Assembly (NCBI GenBank): GCA_965207685.1
Contig: OZ242294.1
Location: 1,226,677-1,290,676 of the forward strand
Source of the DNA: Thermodesulfobacteriota bacterium
GTDB taxonomy: Bacteria > Desulfobacterota_D > UBA1144 > Nemesobacterales > Nemesobacteraceae
Reading direction: 5' to 3'
DNA: 64,000 nucleotides
Position numbers and translations under genes: made by a program. Every line of letters begins with the position of its first letter. Position 1 is the first letter of the stretch. The notes beneath the pieces are model-generated. The model was not told where the DNA came from. It saw nothing but the letters and a program-made list of their open reading frames with translations, and did no database searches. Below are positions 20,000 through 28,714 of the stretch, in pieces.

Positions 20000-21560
20000 T
20001 AAAACAAGCGAAAAAAATAAAATCAAGTTTACTTAAATTCACGGGTTGCCTGACCGAGAGCTGCCTAATTTTACCTGTGCCATTGAGCACCTAGTTAGGA
20101 CAAGCGCCTCGGCCAGGCGCCGTGATAAATGCCCAGCAGGAAGTTCGTGCCCAAGAGCACCAGTACTGGTTCTGACAAGCATCACGGCAAACCCGAATTA
20201 AAAGGAGGTATTAGTTTACAATGAATAATCTTGAATCTCTATTTTTTGCGGGGATCGACTGGGGGAAAAGCTCCCACCAGGTCTGCGTCATTGACCCCGA
20301 AGGTTCCGTCGTCGGAGAAAAAAGCTTCAGACACACGGGAACCGGTCTTTTTGAAATGTCTCAGTGGATGAGGGAAGTATCAGGCCCTGAGAGCTGCGAC
20401 ATGGCCTTGGCCATAGAAGTGAACCACGGCCCCGTGGTGGAAAGTCTTTGCGAGCAGGGATTTATGGTTTATTCCATAAATCCCAAGCAGCTTGACCGTT
20501 TCAGGGACAGATTCTGCGTCTCTGGAGCCAAGGATGACAGAAAAGACGCCCTGGTTTTGGCCTCTGCGCTCCGCACGGACCGCAGACACTTCCGCCACGT
20601 TGAACCGCAGAATCCAGACGTCATAGTTCTGCGCGAACTCACCAGGACGAGAGAAGAACTCGTGAGAGAGCGCACGCGTCTTGTAAACCGTCTCCGCGTA
20701 CTGTTGTGGAGGTATTACCCCCAGTTCGAGGAACTTCTCGGCAGTACGGTAAGGCCATGGCACCTTGAACTGTGGGAGCTTATGCCCTGTCCTCGCGCGG
20801 CAAAAGGGAAAAGAGCCTCAACGGTACAGAAGATTCTCAAACGCAACAGGGTGAGGCGTATTGACGCCGAGGGAGCGCTCAAGATACTGCGGGCCGGGGA
20901 AATAAACGTGAGCGACGCGACCGTGAGCAGCTGCGTCTTCCATATAAGGTCGGTTGTCGAACGGTTGAAGGTGGCGGACCGTCAGCTCGGGGAAATCAAA
21001 GACTCTATAGACAAGGTTATAGTGACCATTAACGAAAAACTTAAGGCAGAAGGGAACGGGCCAACCGATATTGAGATTCTCCGCTCCATCCCCGGCGTGG
21101 GAACCGTGGTGCTCGCTACGCTTATTGCCGAGGCATGGAGTCTTGTGCGCCGTCGGGACTTCGAGGCGATTCGATGTCTCGGGGGCGTGGCTCCGGTGAC
21201 GAGACAATCGGGCAGGACAAAGCTGGTTGTCAGGAGAAGGGCTGTGTGCAGGAGCCTCTCGGCCGCGTTTCATGTTCTGGGCGGAGTGGCAGTAATCAAT
21301 GATCCGGCAAGCAGGGCAAAATACGAAGAGCTTCGGGGAAGGGGTCATGGTTACTGCAGATCCGTTCGCACCGTGTGCGACCGTCTTTTGTTCGTCGCCC
21401 GCGTCATTCTGAAAAAAGAGGAGTTGTTTGACAAGGAGCTCGGGAAACCTCTTCCGGACGCCGCGTAGTAAGGAACTATAGAGAAAAACCAGGGAGGAAT
21501 CTTAAAAAAAAGAAATTCGCTATATACATAAAATTTAAGCTTGTAAAAGACAGGAAGTCC
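20000..21560 (+). mobile_element. IS110-family insertion sequence (ends not defined; IS110 elements usually lack terminal inverted repeats)
   Basis: A single transposase gene flanked by non-coding DNA between aroA and a DUF2237 gene. The boundaries are approximate. Confidence 0.5.
20221..21468 (+). CDS. IS110 family transposase (DEDD-type)
   Basis: 415 aa. The N-terminal DEDD_Tnp_IS110 signature (GIDWGKSSHQVCVID) and the C-terminal Transposase_20 region (IPGVG...). Confidence 0.85.
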   Translation: MNNLESLFFAGIDWGKSSHQVCVIDPEGSVVGEKSFRHTGTGLFEMSQWMREVSGPESCDMALAIEVNHGPVVESLCEQGFMVYSINPKQLDRFRDRFCVSGAKDDRKDALVLASALRTDRRHFRHVEPQNPDVIVLRELTRTREELVRERTRLVNRLRVLLWRYYPQFEELLGSTVRPWHLELWELMPCPRAAKGKRASTVQKILKRNRVRRIDAEGALKILRAGEINVSDATVSSCVFHIRSVVERLKVADRQLGEIKDSIDKVIVTINEKLKAEGNGPTDIEILRSIPGVGTVVLATLIAEAWSLVRRRDFEAIRCLGGVAPVTRQSGRTKLVVRRRAVCRSLSAAFHVLGGVAVINDPASRAKYEELRGRGHGYCRSVRTVCDRLLFVARVILKKEELFDKELGKPLPDAA

Positions 21561-21622
21561 TAACTCGGTAAAACGATATATAATATTTTCCGTAAGGCGC
21601 AGTCTTTTACCCAAAGTGCAGG

Positions 21623-21997
21623 ATGAAAACGGAACAGAAAAACATCTTCGGCGAGAACCTGAAGGAATGCAGCACGGACCCAATGACCGGATTTTTCAGG
21701 GACGGCTGCTGCAGGGCGGCGGTCGAGGATGTGGGGTTTCATCTGGTCTGTGCGGAGATGACGGAGGAATTTCTCGAATTTTCGAAATCCAGGGGAAATG
21801 ACCTCTCAACTCCCCGGCCCGAGTTCGACTTTGCGGGGCTACGACCCGGAGACAGGTGGTGTCTTTGCGCGCTTCGCTGGAAAGAGGCGCTTGAGGGCGG
21901 CGTGGCTCCCCCGGTTTTTCTGCAGTCGACCCACGAATCGGTACTCAGGATCATTGACCTCTCCGATCTTAAGAAACACGCGGTCGACGTATCCTGA
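21623..21997 (+). CDS. DUF2237-like small protein
   Basis: 124 aa, Cys-rich (GCC, C..C). The family assignment is from memory and uncertain. Confidence 0.45.
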   Translation: MKTEQKNIFGENLKECSTDPMTGFFRDGCCRAAVEDVGFHLVCAEMTEEFLEFSKSRGNDLSTPRPEFDFAGLRPGDRWCLCALRWKEALEGGVAPPVFLQSTHESVLRIIDLSDLKKHAVDVS

Positions 21998-22037
21998 GCC
22001 TTGATTCCCCTGAATTTGCGTATACCATCTTCGTTCT

Positions 22038-23258
22038 GTGAAATACCTTATACTACAAGGCGACGGCATGCCCGACCACAAGCTCCCAGAACTTGAAGGC
22101 AGGACTCCGCTTGAAGTCGCTGACACCCCTAACCTTGACGCGATCGCCAAGCGGGCCGAGATTTTCGGGATCGCAAAGACCATTCCCGACCCTCTTCCCC
22201 CGGGAAGCGACGTGGGAAACCTCGCGGTGCTTGGCTATGACCCGACGAAATACTACACGGGAAGATCCCCTCTCGAAGCCGCGAGCATAGGCGTCTCGCT
22301 CGGGGAAACGGATGTCACAGTCCGCTGCAACCTGGTAACCCTGAGCGAAGAAAATGGCCACACGGTGATGGAAGACTACAGCGCCGGACACATAGCGGAT
22401 GAGGATGCAGCCAGTATAATCGAGGATCTGAAAAAGGAGTTCGACGGGGAGGAGTTCTCGCTAAGCCAGGGGGTAAGCTACAGGCATCTTCTTCTCTGGC
22501 GAGGAGGAAACAGCGATATTCAAACAACCCCTCCTCATGACATTTCAGGAAAGAAAACCGCCCCATGGCTTCCTTCGGGAGAAGGGGCGGAAAAACTCGT
22601 CATACTCATGGAGAGATCCCGCAAGATACTGAAAGACCATCCCGTGAACAAAAAAAGAAGGACCGAGGGGAAAAACACCGCAGACTCCATATGGCTCTGG
22701 GGCGAAGGGACAAGGCCCGAGATGCCGTCCCTTTCAGAGCTTTACGGGATCACAGGATCCGTCGTATCGGCGGTTGATCTGGTAAAGGGAATAGGAATAT
22801 TCGCCTCGATGGAAGTAATCGAGGTTCCGGGAGCTACCGGGTACCTTGACACAAACTACGCGGGGAAGGTAAGCGGCGCGCTTGAGTCGCTGCAGCGCGT
22901 GGACCTTGCTATGATCCACATAGAGGCGACGGACGAAACGGGTCACGTCGGAGATGCCCGTCTCAAGATACAGGCGGTTGAAGATTTCGACCAGAAGGTA
23001 GTAGGACCCGCACTTGCGGGTATGGAGCAGTTCGGCCAATACAGGGTTCTAGTGCTCTCCGATCATCCAACCCCCATAGACCTGAGAACCCACTCAAACG
23101 AGCCCGTTCCCTTCGCCATACTCGATTCCGCAAACTCTTCGGTAAAAGACAACTCGCTTGTCTACACAGAGGACTGCGCCGCCGCAAGCGGGGTGTTCGT
23201 CAAAGAAGGCTGGAAGCTCATGGGAACACTTGTCGGAAAGCAGTACGTTCAAAGATAG
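22038..23258 (+). CDS. apgM: cofactor-independent phosphoglycerate mutase, archaeal type
   Basis: 406 aa with the metalloenzyme motifs of the ApgM/PF01676 family (LQGDGMPD, HIEATDETGH, LSDHPTP). Confidence 0.75.
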   Translation: MKYLILQGDGMPDHKLPELEGRTPLEVADTPNLDAIAKRAEIFGIAKTIPDPLPPGSDVGNLAVLGYDPTKYYTGRSPLEAASIGVSLGETDVTVRCNLVTLSEENGHTVMEDYSAGHIADEDAASIIEDLKKEFDGEEFSLSQGVSYRHLLLWRGGNSDIQTTPPHDISGKKTAPWLPSGEGAEKLVILMERSRKILKDHPVNKKRRTEGKNTADSIWLWGEGTRPEMPSLSELYGITGSVVSAVDLVKGIGIFASMEVIEVPGATGYLDTNYAGKVSGALESLQRVDLAMIHIEATDETGHVGDARLKIQAVEDFDQKVVGPALAGMEQFGQYRVLVLSDHPTPIDLRTHSNEPVPFAILDSANSSVKDNSLVYTEDCAAASGVFVKEGWKLMGTLVGKQYVQR

Positions 23259-24154
23259 TACTTAAGCCCGACCGTAACGGTCCAGTTGTCTGTGTCATCC
23301 ACCTCGAAATCTGACGTAAGGGGTGTAACTCCGTCGGCGCGCACGGGTTCGTGGTCCCGGACTTGCGTCCAGGACACATCGTCGCGGTCATAACCGCTAA
23401 AGCGCGTCCAGCGGACCTTGGCGCCAACTGAGAAATCGTCGCCAAGCGCGTAATCAACTCCGCCTACTAACTGGAAGCCAAATCTGGTCTTCCCAAGCGC
23501 GGTAGCTAAAGAGCTGGTCGTGCCCTCCGCGGCATCCTGCCACGGCTCCGTTCCCAAATCGCTCTTCCGCAGGAATTTCACCGAGTAGCGCATTTCCGTC
23601 GAGGCTATACCTATACCGGCTCCAACATAAGGCGTAAAAGGTGAGTCGTTGCGCAAGTCGTAGTAGGCGTTCAGGAAGAGATGATGAGCGTTCAGATCAT
23701 ACACACGTTCTGAAGGAGGGTCGTTCTCATCCCATTCGCTAGTCTTCTGATCAAGAGGGTCGTCACTGTCCGAACCGATGCGCACGAGCCTGCTCTCGGA
23801 AGCCTGACGGCGGTTAAGGTACTCCGCTTCAAAGCGCAGCCCGTTGCCAAGCGCATAGCCAAAAGTCGCACCACCCACATACCCCAGGCCGGGGCCAAAA
23901 ACATTCGCAACGGTGGATGCCTTATCGGCCGTACATTCCGCATCAGTCGGCGGAGTCGTACCTGAGGGATAAAGAAGGGAGTCGCACCGGGTCGGGTGAT
24001 TTATAAAGGAATGAGAGACATCCAAGTCTCCCGACTTTGAAAATCCCCCTTCAAGCCCGATATAGAACCTATCCTCAGCCGAAGCTGAAGACGAACCAAA
24101 GATCAAAAGCAAGGCCGCAAGCCAAAAACACGTATTTGCCGCCACATATCTCAT
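23249..24154 (-). CDS. outer-membrane beta-barrel protein (OmpA-like/porin superfamily)
   Basis: Signal peptide (AALLLIFGSSSASA). Alternating amphipathic beta strands and a C-terminal aromatic end (LKYYL). Confidence 0.55.
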   Translation of the reverse strand: MRYVAANTCFWLAALLLIFGSSSASAEDRFYIGLEGGFSKSGDLDVSHSFINHPTRCDSLLYPSGTTPPTDAECTADKASTVANVFGPGLGYVGGATFGYALGNGLRFEAEYLNRRQASESRLVRIGSDSDDPLDQKTSEWDENDPPSERVYDLNAHHLFLNAYYDLRNDSPFTPYVGAGIGIASTEMRYSVKFLRKSDLGTEPWQDAAEGTTSSLATALGKTRFGFQLVGGVDYALGDDFSVGAKVRWTRFSGYDRDDVSWTQVRDHEPVRADGVTPLTSDFEVDDTDNWTVTVGLKYYL

Positions 24155-24222
24155 TTTAGCTCCTCCTTTCGACGCAAATTCTTTTTAAGCCTGATAAACA
24201 ATACTGAAACAATCAAAAAAAA

Positions 24223-24993
24223 CTATGGTTTTTTCACCTCTTCCCATATCTCGTCCATCTGCTCCACGGAAAGAGCGGTTACCTCTTTTCTCTCAGCCCG
24301 CACTCTTTTCTCAAGTCTTGAGAATCTTTCTATGAACTTCGCTACCGCACCGTGAGATGCGGTCTCCGCGTCGATATCAAGGTGTCTTGCAAGGCTTACT
24401 ACGGAAAAGACAAGATCCCCCCACTCCTCCTGAGACCTGTTTTTCCTGCCGGCTTCAATTTCCCGTTCAAGCTCAGCCAATTCCTCTTTTACCTTCGCAA
24501 GAACCGAAGAAACGTCGCTCCAGTCAAACCCCGTACGGGCTGCCTTCTCACCGACCCTCTGCGCTCGCATCAAAGAGGGCATGGCTCTCGGTATTTCCTC
24601 CAGATCGGACCTCCCTTTTTTCTCCTTGAGTTTTTCGGCGTTCCAGGTCCTTAAGGCTTCTTCAGCGTCCTTGGCCTTTTTCTCACCGAACACATGAGGG
24701 TGCCTTCTTACAAGCTTGTCGTGGAGCCTCTGGGTGACGTCGCCTATGTCAAACTTCCCCTCCTCATTCGCTATCTGGGAGATGAAGACGACCTGGAAAA
24801 GAAAATCTCCAAGCTCCTCTATGAGTCCGTCCGTGTCCCCAAGTTCTATTGCCTGTATCACTTCGTAGGCCTCTTCAAGAACATAAGCACGAAGCGACCT
24901 GAGGGTCTGCTCCCTGTCCCATGGACAGCCTCCCGGAGCGCGAAGGCGCCTCGCGAGCGAAACTATATCCTCGAAAGTCTTTTTCTCTTTCAT
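24223..24993 (-). CDS. mazG: nucleoside triphosphate pyrophosphohydrolase
   Basis: Two MazG EExxE repeats (LEEAYEV ... EELAELERE) and RRHPHVFG. Start set at MKEKKTFEDIV to avoid overlap with the upstream gene. Confidence 0.8.
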   Translation of the reverse strand: MKEKKTFEDIVSLARRLRAPGGCPWDREQTLRSLRAYVLEEAYEVIQAIELGDTDGLIEELGDFLFQVVFISQIANEEGKFDIGDVTQRLHDKLVRRHPHVFGEKKAKDAEEALRTWNAEKLKEKKGRSDLEEIPRAMPSLMRAQRVGEKAARTGFDWSDVSSVLAKVKEELAELEREIEAGRKNRSQEEWGDLVFSVVSLARHLDIDAETASHGAVAKFIERFSRLEKRVRAERKEVTALSVEQMDEIWEEVKKP

Positions 24994-25007
24994 AACTCCT
25001 GGCGCAA

Positions 25008-26138
25008 CTAGACCCGAAACCTTTTCGAACACCGGGTCAGGTTCTCGTTTCCATCCCGCGTCACCAGAACCACGTCCTCTATCCTGACTCCCCCGAGACG
25101 CTCGTAGTAAAGACCGGGCTCGACAGTAACGACATTTCCCTCTCTCAGGACCTCACTCCCGGGACCGATTCTCGGCGGCTCATGGATGTCAAGCCCGAGA
25201 CCGTGTCCCGTGGAATGTATGAAGCCCTCGGGGCTCCCGGAACCCGAACCCGTGGTAGGAAATCCGCGTTCCGTGAAAAAATCTATTACCGCGCCATGCA
25301 CGTCCTTTGATCTCACGCCATCCTTTATCATGGAAAGCGCGATTTTCTGGCCGCGCAAAACGGTATTGTACATCCTTGAAAGTTCCGCCGAAGGCTCGCC
25401 CTTAACAACTGTCCTCGTCATATCGCCGAAGTAGCCGTTCTCCTGGGATCTCGGGAAAATGTCGATCACCACCGGCCATCCGGCCTTAAGAGGACCCGAC
25501 CCCTTCTCATGGGGCATGGAGCCCTGGACCCCTCCGGCCACTATAGTATTCGAAGCCACATACCCACGTGTGGCAAGATAGGAGCTTACGGCGGAGCGCA
25601 CTATCTCCGAGGTAAGGGGCTTGCCGTCACGGTAAAGGACGGAGCCCTTCACCACTGAATCCGATATCATTGAAATGGCAATTCTCATGGCCCATGCCGT
25701 AGCGGAAAGCGCCTTCTTTATGAGTGAAACTTCCGCCGGGGATTTCCTGAGACGCCCGGGAAAAAGAAAATCCGTTTTCGCGGTCTTGACGAAAAAACCG
25801 GCCCCCCGAAGCGCGTCGGCATAGGAAACCGGAAAATGTCTCTGGACAATCAGGCTCCTTACTCCTCTCTGTTTTAGGATTGCCGCGGCCACCTCGGCGA
25901 TCCCGGGCCGTTTTCTCCTCCTTCCGCGAATTGCGGCAATCCACTCTCCGAGCGAGACAACCCGCTCTACCCTTGCCTCTTTTTTCCCCCGTTCAAGTTC
26001 AAGGTCGCTAAGAACCAGTGTCCCCTCCCCGTCGTGTTCGAAAAAAATGACGGGATCAGGAACGAAAAAGCCGGTTCTGTGGTAAAGGTCAGAATTACGC
26101 TCGCTCGAATCGATTATAAGGTAGGCCGTCTTGCTCAC
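25008..26138 (-). CDS. M24 family metallopeptidase (Xaa-Pro aminopeptidase/prolidase-like)
   Basis: C-terminal pita-bread domain with HSTGHGLGLDIHE and VEPGLY...IED metal ligands. Confidence 0.8.
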   Translation of the reverse strand: MSKTAYLIIDSSERNSDLYHRTGFFVPDPVIFFEHDGEGTLVLSDLELERGKKEARVERVVSLGEWIAAIRGRRRKRPGIAEVAAAILKQRGVRSLIVQRHFPVSYADALRGAGFFVKTAKTDFLFPGRLRKSPAEVSLIKKALSATAWAMRIAISMISDSVVKGSVLYRDGKPLTSEIVRSAVSSYLATRGYVASNTIVAGGVQGSMPHEKGSGPLKAGWPVVIDIFPRSQENGYFGDMTRTVVKGEPSAELSRMYNTVLRGQKIALSMIKDGVRSKDVHGAVIDFFTERGFPTTGSGSGSPEGFIHSTGHGLGLDIHEPPRIGPGSEVLREGNVVTVEPGLYYERLGGVRIEDVVLVTRDGNENLTRCSKRFRV

Positions 26139-26280
26139 GCCGAAAACTATACAGTAAACCTAGGCGGGCGGGCAAACTGGGGGGCACTTGCCGCTTCCGC
26201 TTTGACAACCGCTCCCGGCAGATGTATTTTGTTATGTGGAGTGGTAAAAGAAATTCACACTGCGAGGAGGCAGAGGAAAT

Positions 26281-26604
26281 ATGTTTTCCGTAACTCCCAA
26301 AGCCGTAGATGAAATAAAAAGGCTGCTTGCCGAAGACGACATCGAAAATGCGTTTCTCAGGGTAAGGATAGTGCCCGGGGGCTGTTCCGGGTTTTCCTAC
26401 GAGATGGGATTCGACGACGAAACCGATGAAGGGGACAACTTGGTCGAATCCGACGGCATAAAGGTCGCTATCGACGAGATCAGCTACACCTATCTCGACG
26501 GATCGGTTCTTGATTTCAAGGACGGTCTTGAAGGAAAGGGCTTTGCGATCGAAAACCCTAATGCGACCGGTTCCTGCGGCTGCGGACAGTCTTTCACCGC
26601 ATAG
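26281..26604 (+). CDS. erpA: iron-sulfur cluster insertion protein ErpA/IscA (HesB family)
   Basis: 107 aa, GGCSGF ... C-terminal GSCGCGQSF signature. Confidence 0.8.
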   Translation: MFSVTPKAVDEIKRLLAEDDIENAFLRVRIVPGGCSGFSYEMGFDDETDEGDNLVESDGIKVAIDEISYTYLDGSVLDFKDGLEGKGFAIENPNATGSCGCGQSFTA

Positions 26605-26838
26605 AAAAAGAAATCCGCAATATTCAGACTTTTCCCCAAAAAACCTTTGCCTAGTCCCGTGGCGAATCTTCGCGCGGAAGATTCATTGAGCGTTGGTAGG
26701 CCGGAAAAACGGACTTCTTGGACTGTTTACGAGCAACGAATCATGGTTTTCGGGAAAACGGATTCCTTTTCGCATAAACAAATTTGATTATATAATTATA
26801 CGTAGCGGATTCGCTAAGCGGTTACCGCAGAACATACC

Positions 26839-28686
26839 ATGGCATCGACGGCAAAAATACTTCAGGCCCACGAGGAAGCAAAGAGCTTTGACAGGATAAA
26901 GTCAAAGCACCTGATCGGAACCCTCTTTACCGACTTTACTCCCTGGGACAAACTCTACGGGTTCAGGAACTTTATCCACGCTCCCTCGGGTAAGAAGATC
27001 GAGTTTGTTAACGACCCCGTCGTCATAGTGGGTACGGCCGTGTTCAAGGGCACCGGGGAGGAAGTGGCCATAATAGCCCAGCAGACCCCCTCGAGCGAAA
27101 AGGAAAGAACCACGCTTAACTATGGAATGGTAAAGGCCGACGGGTACGGACTTTCTTTGTGCATGATGGAATACGCAGAGCAGAACCGCCTCAAGCTCTT
27201 CACGTTCATCGACACTGTAGGCGGAGACCCATACGAGTACTCGGCCGAAAAACTCCAGTCCTGGCTGATCTCCTACTGTCAATCGAAGATGATTTCCATA
27301 AGAACGAAAACGATAACCACCGTGCTCGGTCTCGGGGGAAGCGGGGGCGCGATCGCGATACAGCTCGGACACAAAAGGCTGATGCTCTCGCGAGCCGAAT
27401 ATTCGGTGATAACCGCCGAGGGCTGCTCCGCTATTCTTTTCAGAAGTGCGGACAAGGTCGCAGAAGCGCTTGAGGTGCTGCAGCCCACAGCGAATCACAT
27501 GAAAAAATACGGAATAATAGACGAGATAGTAAAAGAGGCCCCTCTCGGAAGAAACAATTACATCCCCTCGACCCTCAAGAACCTGCAGGCATCCCTCACC
27601 GCCACCTCGAAGGAACTTGACCGCTACGACGTAAGGCACCTGCGCGAGGAGCTGCGAAGGAAAATCGAGCTCTGCGGACAGATAAAAAAACAGCAGAAAA
27701 TCTACCAGGGAATCTCGAAAAAAATAAAAGCCTGGCTTCCTAACTACTTCAGCGGGAAAAAAGAAAATCCGGATATCTCCGAAATGCAGATAGCCATCTA
27801 CGGAGCGGAACCCCACTTCTGCAACGACGAAAAGGACGGCCAGGGGAAAATCATACGCCCCGGCTGCAAGAAACAGCTCACGAAAACAGAACTGCACGCG
27901 AACAATTCCTCGTGTCCTTACTGCAGCCGCCCCGAAGCGCTTAGTTCCGATGACTACCTGGACTTCCTTCTGGACGAGGCATCCTTCCACGAAATAGAAC
28001 CGGCCCTTTCCCTTGAGGACGTGGATTCGCTCTACAAATTCTTCAATTACTCGTCTTCGATACAGAAACTCGCCGGGAAAACCGACTCCAAGGATTCCCT
28101 CGTAACGGGCTACGGGACCATGTTCGGCATACCCGTGGCGGTGGCAGTCTGCGACTTCCGGTTCATGGGCGGGTCGATGAGTTCCGTTTTCGGCGAGAAG
28201 ATGAACAGAGTCGTCAGCTACGCCATAGAGAGCGGGCTTCCCCTTCTAACGATAACGGTAAGCGGGGGAGCCCGGATGCAGGAGGGAACCGTGGCACTCT
28301 ATCAGATGGCGAAAACCATAGCTGCAATCATGAGACTGAAGGAACACGGGCTCCCGAACATCTCCATACTCGGCCACCCGACAACTGGAGGAGCTCTTGC
28401 GAGCTACTCGGTCCAGGGAGACTTCATAATAGCAGAGAAAAAAGCGACAATCGCTTTTGCCGGAGACCGGGTTGTGAAGCTCACGAGCGGCGGACGCGGG
28501 GTCGACCCGAAAATAATGTCCTCTGAGTTCTACGAAGAACACGGAGGGGTTCACCTGGTAGTCGAAAGGAGCAAGATAAAACCTGCGATCTCGGGGCTGC
28601 TTAAATTCAGGGGCTTTAAGAACAGCCTGGACGCCGGGGCATTTCACCAACGCCCGGACGGTGGAGTTGAAGACGACTGGCTTTAG
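26839..28686 (+). CDS. acetyl-CoA carboxylase carboxyltransferase, fused alpha (AccA-like) + beta (AccD-like) subunits in one polypeptide
   Basis: 615 aa. The N-terminal half has the AccA-like FIDTVGGDPY...AE motif. The middle has a Zn-ribbon (C..C...C..C, CPYCSRPE). The C-terminal half has the AccD-like FMGGSMSSVFGEK and HGLP...GGA motifs. Confidence 0.7.
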   Translation: MASTAKILQAHEEAKSFDRIKSKHLIGTLFTDFTPWDKLYGFRNFIHAPSGKKIEFVNDPVVIVGTAVFKGTGEEVAIIAQQTPSSEKERTTLNYGMVKADGYGLSLCMMEYAEQNRLKLFTFIDTVGGDPYEYSAEKLQSWLISYCQSKMISIRTKTITTVLGLGGSGGAIAIQLGHKRLMLSRAEYSVITAEGCSAILFRSADKVAEALEVLQPTANHMKKYGIIDEIVKEAPLGRNNYIPSTLKNLQASLTATSKELDRYDVRHLREELRRKIELCGQIKKQQKIYQGISKKIKAWLPNYFSGKKENPDISEMQIAIYGAEPHFCNDEKDGQGKIIRPGCKKQLTKTELHANNSSCPYCSRPEALSSDDYLDFLLDEASFHEIEPALSLEDVDSLYKFFNYSSSIQKLAGKTDSKDSLVTGYGTMFGIPVAVAVCDFRFMGGSMSSVFGEKMNRVVSYAIESGLPLLTITVSGGARMQEGTVALYQMAKTIAAIMRLKEHGLPNISILGHPTTGGALASYSVQGDFIIAEKKATIAFAGDRVVKLTSGGRGVDPKIMSSEFYEEHGGVHLVVERSKIKPAISGLLKFRGFKNSLDAGAFHQRPDGGVEDDWL

Positions 28687-28714
28687 TCATCCAAAACGCC
28701 TCCCGCGGAACCAA

